DNA from: Longimicrobiales bacterium
GTDB taxonomy: Bacteria > Gemmatimonadota > Gemmatimonadetes > Longimicrobiales > Gaopeijiaceae
Assembly: GCA_965116905.1 (NCBI GenBank)
Contig: OZ220732.1
Coordinates: 3,296,001-3,360,000 of the forward strand
Direction of reading: 5' to 3'
Length of the DNA stretch: 64,000 bases
A program made the position numbers and the translations under genes. The notes below the pieces were generated by a model. It was not told where the DNA came from. It did no database searches and saw only the letters and a program-made list of their open reading frames with translations. Positions 18,482-27,124 of the stretch are shown piece by piece (position 1 is the first letter of the stretch; the number at the start of each line of letters is the position of its first letter).

Positions 18482-21400
18482 TCACCGATCCCGCGGTTCG
18501 CCTCCCTGCCCGGGTTCCGGGCTTCGCTCCAGAAGCGCCGGCGCTTCGTGAACCCGGCCTCCAAGGATCACGGCCCGGAGGTCCCGCAACGCCCGGATAT
18601 CGTGCGTGGGATCCTCGCCGATCACGATCAGGTCGGCAATGGCGCCGGGAGCGACAACCCCCAGGCGGCCCTCCTGGCCCAGGGCCTCGCCCGACGCCGA
18701 GGTCGTCGCCCTCAGCACGTCGACGCTCCGCATCTCCCCGTAGCGCACCAGCGCCTCCATCTCCGCGAGGAGGCTGATCCCCGGTGGGTTGATGGGTGCG
18801 TCCGTCCCCATGATGACCCGGCCGCCGGCCTCGACCACCCGGCGAGGCAGCGAGGCCATGTCCCGCACCGGGCGCCGCGCCGCATCCAGATCCGCCGGCC
18901 GCCGCGCCAGCTCCGGGGCCTGCGGGAAGAAGGTCTCGACCCGCGGGTCGTCGAACAGCGAAGGGTCCTCCGCGACAAGAAGGCCGTAGGCACCGTAGAT
19001 CCCGACCGTGGGCGCCATCGTCATGCCGGAGGCCGCGAGGAGCGCGACCACGTCGCCGTAGCTGCGCGACAGCTCCGAGATCTTCGTCGAATAGCCGCGC
19101 CGGCTCGTGCCCCGGACATGTTCGACGCCGTCCGCGCCGAACGCCACCGCGGGATACAACCCATGGGAGGTAACCGGGACCCCGAGCGTGTGAGCCTCCT
19201 CGATGGCCCGCCTCTGGACGGGATCGGACAGCCGCACGTACGTCTTGACAAGGTCGTAGCCGAGTGCGGCGACGCGGGCCATCTCGAGTTCCAGCTGCGC
19301 CGGGGCACCCAACGCGGGAGCGCCGGGATAGTAGATCCGGCTGCCGTCGATCGTTCCCCCGGTACCGAACCACCTCGGGGCGTTTCGCCTGCCCGACTCT
19401 CCCGCCTCCTTCGCCTCGGCCATCTCCCACGGATCGCACGCCGGGCAGCGCACCGAGGTCACGCCGTAGGACAGCCAGAGACGCCCAATCTGCTCGCCGG
19501 ACGCGAGACCGCCATGCGCGTGCATCTCCATCAGGCCCGGCATTACGACCTCGTCGCCGGCGTCGACCACCCGGGCCGCATTGCGTGCGGGATCGCGGTC
19601 CGCAACCTCGACAATGCGCCCGCCCTCGATGAGAATGTCCACGTCGCGGCGCAGCGTTTCCGATCGTCCGTCCCACATCGCCCCCGCACGGATCAGCAGG
19701 GACTGCGGCGGCGCGGGCCGCGACCACGTCAGGGGGAGCGGAATGTCCTCGACGCTCCCGTCGAGGAGGTCGACGCGCCGGAGACCGTCCGCACCCAGGT
19801 AGACGATGGAACGCGAGTCACCCGTCCAGGTCGGATCGTCGGTCGCTTCGTTGGTGAGACGTCGCGGGCTCGAGGTCGCCGGGTCGCCGTTCACCTCCGT
19901 GGGGACCGCCCACAGCACCCCGCCGGCAACGTAGGCCAGCCACCTGCCGTCGGGTGACCGGATCGGACCGTCGGTCCCGCGTGTGCCGATCGAGGTATGC
20001 GCGGGAAGGTCCAGGAAGCGCTCGTGCTCCTGCGAGAGCGGGGCTGTGTGGGCCCCGTGAACGTGCCCGTTCCACGCCGGAGCCTGCCACGGCCGGAAAG
20101 CCGCCGTGAGTCCGCCGTCCGCGGCCTGCACGGGCTCGATCGGTATCACGACGGCGCGGTTCACACCCTCCCGGAACCTGTCGGCATAGGGTTGGTGAAC
20201 CGACGTGACGATGGATCGTCCGTCCGGGGACCACGACGGCCGGCCCGCGCCGCGCAGACCCGATCTGAGCGTGCGCACCGACCCCGTGGCCAGCTCCGCC
20301 ACGCTGATCCCGACCTGGTAGCCGGAACCCACGAACGCGAGCCGGTTTCCGTCGGGCGCCCATGCCGCCATGGTCGCGCCCGCTCCCTCGGTGACCCGGA
20401 CGGTGCTGCCGTCGGCCATGCGCCGGATGTACAGGTCGGTTCGCCCGTCGCGGTCCGACGAGAAGGCCAGCCGCGAGCCGTCCGGAGACCATGCCGGATC
20501 GATCTCGATCCAGGGGTCGTCGGTCAGCTGCTCCGTGCCGCCGCCGATGCTGTGCACCCACAGGTCGCCGCGCGCCGAGAAGGCGATGCGGCTGCCGTCG
20601 GGCGACACGGCCGGCGACACGATGCCGCGCACCGGGAAGGTCCCCGGTGTGTCGAGATCGCGCAGGCGCCGCTCATATGGCGTGCGGTCCAGCGTCACGG
20701 TGCCCGTGAAGGGAATGTCCGCGAGGCCGCTGCCGTCGTAGCCGCGGCGGCGGACGAGGCCGTCGGCGGTGTAGACGAAGCCGCGCGTGGTGGCCGAGAC
20801 GCGGAACGGGAACACATCTTCGTCGGCGCCCGTGAGGACCCGCGGCGCGGTCCCGCCGCCCCCATCGTCCCCACCATCCGCGGCGACCACGCGCAGCACC
20901 GACCGTCCCGCGCCGATCTCGTTGTAGATCACCATCGCGCCGCGGGCGTCCCATCCCGGCGCGTTGACCTGCCCGCCATCGGTGCCGGCCACGCGGCGCG
21001 CCGGGCCCCCGCCGCCACCCCACCCCTCCACCACCCAGATCCCGGCCGCGTCTCCGCTCCCCGACGCCGCAAACACCAGGCGGCGGCCGTCCGGTGAGAA
21101 AGTCGGCCCATACTCGCTTCCCGGCGCATCGGTCACCCGGGTCACGGCTCCGTCGTCCACCGCGAGCACCCAGATGTCGTAGCTGCCCATCCGGTCCGAA
21201 CTGAACGCGATCCTGTCGCCGTCCGGGGACCAGTGCGGCTCGCGGTGGTCGTATGGACCGCGCGTGTGCTGGCGCAGCCCGGAACCGTCCGGGGCGACGC
21301 TCCACACGTGGTAGTTGCCGTCCCAGTACGCCTGGAACGCGATGCGCGCCCCGTCCGGCGACCACGACGGCTGGCGGGCGTCACCCACCGGGTCGGTGAT

Positions 21401-21679
21401 CGGCTCGGCACGGCCGCCCGCTGCCGGCATCACCCAGATCCGCCCCAGCAGATCGAAGGCGAGCACGGTGCCGTCGGGCGACAGCGCGGCCGCGATGTTC
21501 GTGCCCTCGGTCACCGTCACCTCGATGACCGACCGGGGCGGCTCCTGTGCGTGCAGGCCCCCGGCGGCACCGGCGCGGGCCTGCGCCGGGGCTCCGGGCG
21601 CCAGCGCCGCTGCGGTGGCCATGGCCGCCACCGGCGCCATGGCCGCCACCGCCGCCATCGCTACCTCCCCTCGATCCAC
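18482..21679 (-). CDS. Secreted TolB-like (PD40 repeat) beta-propeller + amidohydrolase
   Basis: Many PSWSPDG/AFSSDR repeats. C-terminal amidohydrolase with MPGLMEMHAH, VKTY, TSH, VEH, MGTDAP and ADLIVI. Confidence 0.88.
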   Translation of the reverse strand: MDRGEVAMAAVAAMAPVAAMATAAALAPGAPAQARAGAAGGLHAQEPPRSVIEVTVTEGTNIAAALSPDGTVLAFDLLGRIWVMPAAGGRAEPITDPVGDARQPSWSPDGARIAFQAYWDGNYHVWSVAPDGSGLRQHTRGPYDHREPHWSPDGDRIAFSSDRMGSYDIWVLAVDDGAVTRVTDAPGSEYGPTFSPDGRRLVFAASGSGDAAGIWVVEGWGGGGGPARRVAGTDGGQVNAPGWDARGAMVIYNEIGAGRSVLRVVAADGGDDGGGGTAPRVLTGADEDVFPFRVSATTRGFVYTADGLVRRRGYDGSGLADIPFTGTVTLDRTPYERRLRDLDTPGTFPVRGIVSPAVSPDGSRIAFSARGDLWVHSIGGGTEQLTDDPWIEIDPAWSPDGSRLAFSSDRDGRTDLYIRRMADGSTVRVTEGAGATMAAWAPDGNRLAFVGSGYQVGISVAELATGSVRTLRSGLRGAGRPSWSPDGRSIVTSVHQPYADRFREGVNRAVVIPIEPVQAADGGLTAAFRPWQAPAWNGHVHGAHTAPLSQEHERFLDLPAHTSIGTRGTDGPIRSPDGRWLAYVAGGVLWAVPTEVNGDPATSSPRRLTNEATDDPTWTGDSRSIVYLGADGLRRVDLLDGSVEDIPLPLTWSRPAPPQSLLIRAGAMWDGRSETLRRDVDILIEGGRIVEVADRDPARNAARVVDAGDEVVMPGLMEMHAHGGLASGEQIGRLWLSYGVTSVRCPACDPWEMAEAKEAGESGRRNAPRWFGTGGTIDGSRIYYPGAPALGAPAQLELEMARVAALGYDLVKTYVRLSDPVQRRAIEEAHTLGVPVTSHGLYPAVAFGADGVEHVRGTSRRGYSTKISELSRSYGDVVALLAASGMTMAPTVGIYGAYGLLVAEDPSLFDDPRVETFFPQAPELARRPADLDAARRPVRDMASLPRRVVEAGGRVIMGTDAPINPPGISLLAEMEALVRYGEMRSVDVLRATTSASGEALGQEGRLGVVAPGAIADLIVIGEDPTHDIRALRDLRAVILGGRVHEAPALLERSPEPGQGGEPRDR

Positions 21680-22380
21680 GCCACCAGCGCGTCCTGCGGC
21701 ACGATCAGGACATGTCCCTGGGCCGGCAGCACCTCGTGCGTAACCTCCGCGCCCGCCGCCTCAAGGAGCTCGGCCGTCGCCGTCGACCGGTCGACCCAGC
21801 TCCCGTCCTCCTCGCCCACCATCATCCAAACGGGAAGGCCGGCGAACGGCGCCAGCGAGGCACCGCCCTCGTAGCGCCCCGGCATGGCGATGATCCCGCC
21901 CACCCGGTCGGGCACCGCGAGCGCCGCGTGAAAGACCCCCACGCCGCCCGCCGAGGCGCCGGTCATCACGATGTCGTTCGCAGCTCCCACGAAGTTCGCG
22001 TCGATCCATTCCAGAACGGCGGCCATCACGTACTCGCCGCCGTCCGACATGCCCGGACCGTACACCTCCACGCCCACGACCGCGTACCCCGCCGCCGGCG
22101 CCGCGACGTCCCAGTAGGAGTCGATCAGGCTGAGCAACAGGTCCGAGTCGCCCCTGCCCCACGGGAACGCCAGCACCACGCCCCTCGCCGCCACCGAAGG
22201 GCGGATGACCGCGATGTTGACCGGCTCGCCCAGGGCCGTCGTGAGCGGAACCCACTCCAGCGTCACGGGCGCCTGGGGCCGGACCGGATTGTCGGCACCG
22301 CACGCAAGCAGGAGCATCGCAAACGACACCGCAACGCGGGCGGCGAGGGCCCCGCCCACTCCATTCGCCCATGCGGCCAT
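21661..22380 (-). CDS. Alpha/beta-hydrolase lipoprotein (esterase-like)
   Basis: Lipobox LLA-C, nucleophile elbow TGASAGG, VGEED and QGH as candidate triad residues. ATG at 22380 lies 5 nt after the upstream stop. Confidence 0.7.
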   Translation of the reverse strand: MAAWANGVGGALAARVAVSFAMLLLACGADNPVRPQAPVTLEWVPLTTALGEPVNIAVIRPSVAARGVVLAFPWGRGDSDLLLSLIDSYWDVAAPAAGYAVVGVEVYGPGMSDGGEYVMAAVLEWIDANFVGAANDIVMTGASAGGVGVFHAALAVPDRVGGIIAMPGRYEGGASLAPFAGLPVWMMVGEEDGSWVDRSTATAELLEAAGAEVTHEVLPAQGHVLIVPQDALVAWIEGR

Positions 22381-22385
22381 TGCGC

Positions 22386-24788
22386 TTACGGAATCAGGTT
22401 CCGCCTGCCCGTATTCCTGACGATGAAGAGGCCGTCGCCCGTGCTGGTCATGACCACCACGCCGCTCTCGAAGTAGGGATAGTTGCTCCACGAGGCGCCG
22501 CCGTACGGCGAGTTGTCGAAGTACGCGATCTCGACCGGCTCGGTGCGGTTGGTAATGTCCAGAATCCTCAGGCCCGCGCCGTAGTTCGACTGGTACATCA
22601 GATTGTCGCGGATGTAGAGATTGTGGTCGGTGTCCGGCGTCTCGGCGATGTACTCGGCCGCCAGGATGGGCTCATCGAGGTCCTCGACATCCCAGATGAG
22701 CGTGCGGGTACCCTCGACCAGCCCCTGCGGCTCGTCACCCTCGTCGTTCATGTAGAAGAAGCGGTGATCCTCGGTCAGCCATCCCTGGTGCGCGTAGGCG
22801 ACCGCGGGATAGTCCGCCATGGAAACCATGACGGGATTGTCCTTGTCCGTGACGTCGCTGATGCTGAGCGCCGTCTCGTTGGAGCCCAGGCAGATCTCGC
22901 GGCCCCGGTAGTCCTCGTCCGGGCCGTCGTAGACCACGCACTGCGCGTCGTGAGAGTAGCCCGTGCCGCGCCGCCCCGTCTGGCCGTCGAAGAAGCACCC
23001 CGCGAAGGTGGGCACCGAGGGCTCGCTCAGGTCCAGCATGTGCAGGCCGCCGCCGCAGGTCTCGCCGCCCCCGCTGCTCCCGACCACATAGGCGAATCCG
23101 GTCGCTTCGTTGAGCACGATGTTGTGGGCGCTGGCGATGCCGTCGTACAGGAAGTCGGGCTCGAAGGTCACCGGCTCGCCGCGCACCTCGCGCAGGCGCC
23201 GCAGGTCGAACACCTGGACGCCGTGCTGGCCGGCGCCGTCCGCCACGATGTAGGTGTGGTCGTTGTGGACCTTCATGTCACGCCACACGCTGCTGAACGA
23301 GCCGGGCGTCTTGGGCAGATCCCCCAGCATGATCGGGTTGTATGGGTCGGTGAGGTCGACGAAGGCCGTCCCGTCCGTGCGTCCGACGATCGCGATCTCG
23401 CGGCCCGTCTCCGGGTCGGTCCAGCCCCAGAGGTCGTTGAGCCGGGCCCCGCGACCGCCGGCCATCTCCTTGATCGGCAGGAACGAAATGATGTTGACGT
23501 TGTCGCATTCGTAGCCCGCGGCGTCTCCCTCCATGCAGGGGATCTCGTCTTCCAGTCCGACGATGGCCGGGAGCCCCCGGTGGTCGCCGATCACCAGCTC
23601 TCCGCCAGCCCACATCCCGCCGGCCCCGCGCGCCATGATGACCGCTCCGCCGGCTCGGCTGTCGATGCCGCCGGCACCGACCACCGCGACATCGCCGGCG
23701 ACGGCCACCGAGCTGCCGAACGAGGCGTTCTCGGTCAGGTCGTCCCTCGCGGATCGGGTCACGCCTCCCCAGCCGGACGCGCCGTCGCGGTCGAAGCGGT
23801 ATACCGCGCCCATCCGGTTGTTCGCGCCGGGGGCGCCGACCCACAGCTGGTCGCCGTCGAAGCCGAGGGCGGATCCGAACTGGTCCCGTCCCGAGCTGTA
23901 GAACGGCCGCAGCACTCCGCCCGGCACCCATGCACCCGTTTCGCCGTCGAGGCCGAACGTGACCACGGCCCCCGCGCCGCCCGCGGCGCCGGGTGCGCCG
24001 ACCAGGCCGACCGATCCCCGCACCGCCAGCGCGGCTCCGAAGCCATTTCGTTCCCCGAGATCCGCGGCGGGATCGAGTCTGCCCAGGGCTCCGGCCATCC
24101 CGGACATCCCGTCCACGGTAAATCCGTAGACTTCGGTCGGCGCGTCGCGGCTCGCCGCGGTGGTCACAAGGGCGGCCCCGTCAGCGAGCGCCAACCCCGT
24201 CCCGAAGCCCTGTCCGGCCCCTTCCATGGGCAGCACTTCGGTCGAAAGCACCCAGTCTGCACCGCTCCCGGTGAACACGTGAACCGCACCGGCGCCCTCG
24301 TTCGCCCCGGCGGCCGCGACGAGGATCAGGCCCCCGTCGATGGCGACCGCCGACCCGAAACGGGCGTCGTCGCCGAGTCCGTCCGGCGACAGCCGCGCGA
24401 CCTCCGACCACTCGCCCGCCCCGTCCCGCCGGTAGATCATCGCGGCGCCGCGCCCACCGTCCCATCCGGGGGCGCCGATGACGGCCATGGAGCCGTCCGC
24501 ATCCAGCGAGCGGCCGAACCCGTCGGGCGGCGCATCGATGGCCGAGACGGTCAGCCTGCCCGCTTCGGCCCAGGCGCTGCCCGAGCGGGCGTACACATAC
24601 ACGATGCCGGGCAGCGTCTGGTTGCCGGGCTCTCCGACGAGCACCTGGCCGTCCGCGACGGCGGCGACGCCCCCGAACTGCTGCGCGGCAGCGGGTGGGG
24701 CGGCCACGAGGGCATACGCAAGAGACGAGACGACCGCAAGGCAAAGCGCCGCTGCGGTGGGGAATCGGTGGCGGCAGGGGGAGGTCAT
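22386..24788 (-). CDS. FG-GAP repeat + choice-of-anchor B domain secreted protein
   Basis: Signal peptide and repeated FG.S/A.A...VGAPG motifs. C-terminal domain has NDLWGWTD, SVWRDMK, SAHNI, YSHDAQC, YAHQGW, DHNLY, WSNYPYFESG. Confidence 0.85.
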   Translation of the reverse strand: MTSPCRHRFPTAAALCLAVVSSLAYALVAAPPAAAQQFGGVAAVADGQVLVGEPGNQTLPGIVYVYARSGSAWAEAGRLTVSAIDAPPDGFGRSLDADGSMAVIGAPGWDGGRGAAMIYRRDGAGEWSEVARLSPDGLGDDARFGSAVAIDGGLILVAAAGANEGAGAVHVFTGSGADWVLSTEVLPMEGAGQGFGTGLALADGAALVTTAASRDAPTEVYGFTVDGMSGMAGALGRLDPAADLGERNGFGAALAVRGSVGLVGAPGAAGGAGAVVTFGLDGETGAWVPGGVLRPFYSSGRDQFGSALGFDGDQLWVGAPGANNRMGAVYRFDRDGASGWGGVTRSARDDLTENASFGSSVAVAGDVAVVGAGGIDSRAGGAVIMARGAGGMWAGGELVIGDHRGLPAIVGLEDEIPCMEGDAAGYECDNVNIISFLPIKEMAGGRGARLNDLWGWTDPETGREIAIVGRTDGTAFVDLTDPYNPIMLGDLPKTPGSFSSVWRDMKVHNDHTYIVADGAGQHGVQVFDLRRLREVRGEPVTFEPDFLYDGIASAHNIVLNEATGFAYVVGSSGGGETCGGGLHMLDLSEPSVPTFAGCFFDGQTGRRGTGYSHDAQCVVYDGPDEDYRGREICLGSNETALSISDVTDKDNPVMVSMADYPAVAYAHQGWLTEDHRFFYMNDEGDEPQGLVEGTRTLIWDVEDLDEPILAAEYIAETPDTDHNLYIRDNLMYQSNYGAGLRILDITNRTEPVEIAYFDNSPYGGASWSNYPYFESGVVVMTSTGDGLFIVRNTGRRNLIP

Positions 24789-24985
24789 GACGTTGTGAAT
24801 CCTTTCACATGCTCGCGTGGGCGACATGCCCGCCCGGAGCGAGCGCCAACTTGAAAACTCGCTGCCAGACAGTATGGCGCAGATTTCAGCCTGCGAACAG
24901 GCCTGCGAAGGACCCCGCCGCGGCAGGCGTCGAGGCGTCCTCCCGAAAAGAGGTCCGCCGCCGCAGGCGTGGCGCGTCCCGCCCG

Positions 24986-26185
24986 CTAGCCGAGCACCCG
25001 TCCCAGATCCTCCCGCAGGTCCTCCGGGTCCTCCAGCCCCACCGACATGCGGAAGATCCCGTCGCCGGCGTAGGCCTGGTAGCTCTCCAGCTGCGCTCCT
25101 TCGAGCCGGAACGAGGTCTCCATCAGCGACGGCGTGTCCATCCAGAAGACGAGGCTGCGGTGATGCCCGAGCGAGACCGCGTAGTGGATCACCTCGAGCT
25201 CGCGGGCCATGCGCTCCGCCACGGTCGCGCCGCCGTCCACCTGAAAGGTCAGCATGCCGGAGAAGTTGTCCATCTGGCGGCGGGCAAGCTCGTGCTGGGG
25301 GTGCGACTGCAGGCCGGGGTAGATCACCCGTGTCACCCGGGGATGATCCTCGAGAAACCTCGCCACGGCCAGCGCGTTCTCTTCGTGAGCGCGCATTCGG
25401 ATCGGAAGGGTGGCCGCACCGCGCAGGATCAGCCAGGCGTTGAACGGCGACAGGACGCCCCCGTAGTGGATCCCGGCCTCGAGCCGCAGCGCCGCGACGT
25501 CCTTTCTGGATCCCAGCACCGCACCGCCCACCGCGTCACCATGTCCACCGATGTACTTGGTGAGGGAGTGCATGACGTAGTCGGCGCCCAGCTCGAGGGG
25601 GCGCGTGGCGACGGGCGTGGCGAACGTGGAATCGACGGCAATGCGGACGCCCGGATGCGAAGCCGCGACTTGCGCCACGGCAGCCAGGTCGGTGAGCCGC
25701 ACGATCGGGTTGGCCGGGGTCTCGAGCCAGATCAGCCGCGTTTCCGGCCGCAGCGCCTCCGCAACATTACGGGAATCGGAGGCATCGACGAACGAGACGC
25801 CGATCCCCATCCGCGGCAGGGTGTCGCGCCCCAGCTCCGCCACCCCCGCATAGTTGGTGTCGGACATGATGACGTGGTCGCCGTTTCCAAGCAGCGAGAG
25901 CAGCACCCCCGTCGCCGCGGCCATCCCGGACCCGAAACAGAGGCAGGCCTCGGCACCCTCCAGCGCGCACAGCTTCGCCTCGAGCTGCGCCACGGTCGGA
26001 TTCGACCAGCGCGTGTACAGAAAGCCGGACTCCTCGTCGAGGTCGTGCGCCGAGAAGCCGGCCGCGTCCCGGGTCACGAAGGTCGAGGACATGACCAGGT
26101 TGGGCGCCGACGCTCCGGTGGCGGGATCGGGGGACTCGCCGGCGTGGACGGCCGCGGTGCGGAGGCGGGTGGTGGGCGGCTTCAC
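24986..26185 (-). CDS. PLP-dependent trans-sulfuration enzyme (cystathionine gamma-synthase/lyase or methionine gamma-lyase family)
   Basis: YTRWSNPT, FGSGMAA, WLETPANP, VDSTFATP, HSLTKYIGGHGD (PLP lysine), SVGLED. GTG start overlaps the toxin stop. Confidence 0.9.
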   Translation of the reverse strand: MKPPTTRLRTAAVHAGESPDPATGASAPNLVMSSTFVTRDAAGFSAHDLDEESGFLYTRWSNPTVAQLEAKLCALEGAEACLCFGSGMAAATGVLLSLLGNGDHVIMSDTNYAGVAELGRDTLPRMGIGVSFVDASDSRNVAEALRPETRLIWLETPANPIVRLTDLAAVAQVAASHPGVRIAVDSTFATPVATRPLELGADYVMHSLTKYIGGHGDAVGGAVLGSRKDVAALRLEAGIHYGGVLSPFNAWLILRGAATLPIRMRAHEENALAVARFLEDHPRVTRVIYPGLQSHPQHELARRQMDNFSGMLTFQVDGGATVAERMARELEVIHYAVSLGHHRSLVFWMDTPSLMETSFRLEGAQLESYQAYAGDGIFRMSVGLEDPEDLREDLGRVLG

Positions 26186-26643
26186 TCTCCGCCGCTCCAC
26201 CGGTGGCGCCCGGAGCCGGCACCGGACGCACCACGTCTTGAGTCCGCAGCTCGGGGAACGCGGATCAGGTCGACATCGTACGCCGCGAGGATCCGATCGG
26301 CCGTGACCAGGGTCAGTCTCTCCAGCCGCGCCTGCGCCACCAGCATGCGATCGAACGGATCGCGGTGGTGAGGAGGCAGGGCGGAAGCCTCCAGCGCGTG
26401 GGCGTGCGACATGGACAGCTCCCGCGTGCCACTCCTCCGCATCCCTTCCCGCACATGGTTCCCGGGTGATTCAGGGAGCTCGATACGGCCGGCGGCGTGC
26501 TTGACTGCGAGCTCCCACGCACTCGCCGCGGAGAGGAAGAGGTCGACCGAACGATCGGCAAGGGTATCCAGCAACTCCGCCGGAAAACGCTCTGGAGTTG
26601 TCTGGAGCCAGAGCCAGCAGCGTGTGTCGAGGAGGTAGCTCAC
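26182..26643 (-). CDS. vapC: VapC/PIN-domain toxin
   Basis: YLLDT, SAASAWELAVK, HRDPFDRMLVAQA, VTAD: the acidic PIN residues are intact. Confidence 0.9.
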   Translation of the reverse strand: MSYLLDTRCWLWLQTTPERFPAELLDTLADRSVDLFLSAASAWELAVKHAAGRIELPESPGNHVREGMRRSGTRELSMSHAHALEASALPPHHRDPFDRMLVAQARLERLTLVTADRILAAYDVDLIRVPRAADSRRGASGAGSGRHRWSGGE

Positions 26644-26873
26644 TCGCCACCCTCATAGGCCCGCTGCTGTTCCTCATCAAGTGGCGCGTCGAAGTCTTCC
26701 GGCACCTCGTAGCGTCCCCGGTCCTGGCCGAATACGCGGCGGCTCCCGAAGACCGGGGACAGCCGCGCGACAGGCAGTCCGGAACGCGTGATCACCACAT
26801 CCTCGCCGGCTTCCGCCCTGCGAAGCAGACGGGAAAGGTGGGTCTTGGCCCGGTGAACGCTGTAGTGGCTCAT
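26640..26873 (-). CDS. Phd/YefM-family antitoxin
   Basis: SVHRAKTHLSRLLRRAEAGEDVVITRSGLPVARL, acidic tail VPEDFDAPL, GTGA overlap with the PIN gene. Confidence 0.9.
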   Translation of the reverse strand: MSHYSVHRAKTHLSRLLRRAEAGEDVVITRSGLPVARLSPVFGSRRVFGQDRGRYEVPEDFDAPLDEEQQRAYEGGE

Positions 26874-26880
26874 GCCCAGG

Positions 26881-26910
26881 AAGGTAGACTAACCCCATGA
26901 CTAAGGTCAA
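26881..26910 (-). promoter_or_regulatory. TA promoter with candidate operator; probably a leaderless transcript
   Basis: Minus strand TTGACC-18 nt-TACCTT, 7 nt before the ATG, no SD. Palindrome TGAC-TAAG-GTCA (26898-26909) and two TTAGTC direct repeats overlap the spacer. Confidence 0.55.
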
Positions 26911-26936
26911 TTGCAGATGGGCGGGAGCCACTATGG

Positions 26937-27056
26937 GACCGGCGCACACGGGCGACCGGCGCACACGGGCGACCGGCGCACACGGGCGACCGGCGCACAC
27001 GGGCGACCGGCGCACACCGGCGACCGACGCGCACCATCGGACCGGCGCACACCCGG
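26937..27056. repeat. 17-bp tandem repeat (GACCGGCGCACACGGGC)
   Basis: Four perfect copies (26937-27004), one with a single mismatch, and two degenerate copies. Confidence 0.95.
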
Positions 27057-27124
27057 TTGCCCGGGGGCGACCCGGTGGAGTACCGTTCGGCGGCCCCCGT
27101 GCACCACTTCCCCCACGAGCTGAC

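Noticed and set aside
22371..24854. Long antisense or alternative-frame ORFs (e.g. 22371-24854 +, 33072-35531 +, 33043-35439 -, 26870-28768 -, 51714-53582 -)
   Set aside because: They are shadow ORFs expected at high GC: Arg/Pro/Gly-rich, no motifs, and fully overlapping well-supported genes.
26937..27056. Possible CRISPR array
   Set aside because: The 17-bp units are contiguous with no unique spacers, and no cas genes are present.
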